Virus record (IMG/VR): IMGVR_UViG_3300012942_000072
Location: 1-43,359 of that record
Direction: 5' to 3' (one strand)
Source of the DNA: a virus
Taxonomy: Duplodnaviria > Caudoviricetes
DNA: 43,359 nt
The stretch's first letter is position 1, and every line of letters starts with the position of its first letter. The position numbers and the translations under genes were made by a program. The notes beneath the pieces are model-generated. The model searched no databases, was not told the DNA's origin, and saw only the letters and a program-made list of their open reading frames with translations. This document shows, one piece after another, positions 43,254-43,359 of this stretch.

Positions 43254-43359
43254 GAGCAATGGCATCTGCTCACCTCCCCATCCGTGAGGAATAGAACATA
43301 TGCGCGAGTGCGTGACTTCACAAGGCCGTAACCGTGTCGTACCCAAACGTCCGCTTCTG
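43237..43359. repeat. Terminal direct repeat copy 2 (circular assembly overlap)
   Basis: Identical to 1-123; the junction falls in the 3' end of the repressor gene, so it is unlikely to be a physical genome end. Confidence 0.97.

Overview
The window is an apparently complete, circularly assembled temperate siphovirus (phage) genome. Bases 1-123 repeat exactly at 43237-43359, giving a unit of about 43,236 bp. It is GC-rich with an actinobacteriophage-type gene set. Almost all genes are on the - strand. Reading leftwards from about 22.3 kb: probable cos region, HNH, terminase small and large subunits, portal, MuF-like protein, scaffold, capsid, neck, tail tube, tail chaperone with a GGGGGAA -1 frameshift, tape measure, minor tail proteins, lysis cassette, attP (3' end of tRNA-His with TGGGGACA arm sites) and tyrosine integrase. 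The lysis cassette holds a papain-like C1 protease, a membrane-anchored DUF1906/GH25-like hydrolase and two holin-like proteins. The other arm carries a repressor/Cro switch with three operators, Xis, a pentapeptide-repeat protein, RecE/RecT-like proteins, HNH, VRR-NUC, a beta-clamp-like protein, four methyltransferase-related genes and a replication initiator. The most notable locus (22.3-26.45 kb) is a predicted late promoter followed by a distorted tRNA-Met(CAT)-like RNA and a cluster of three glycosyltransferase-like genes plus an RmlB-like NDP-sugar dehydratase. Both the capsid and tail-tube proteins end in Ser-Ala, which suggests a virion O-glycosylation system that makes its own sugar donor. 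All functional calls come from motif recognition by eye; no database searches were run.
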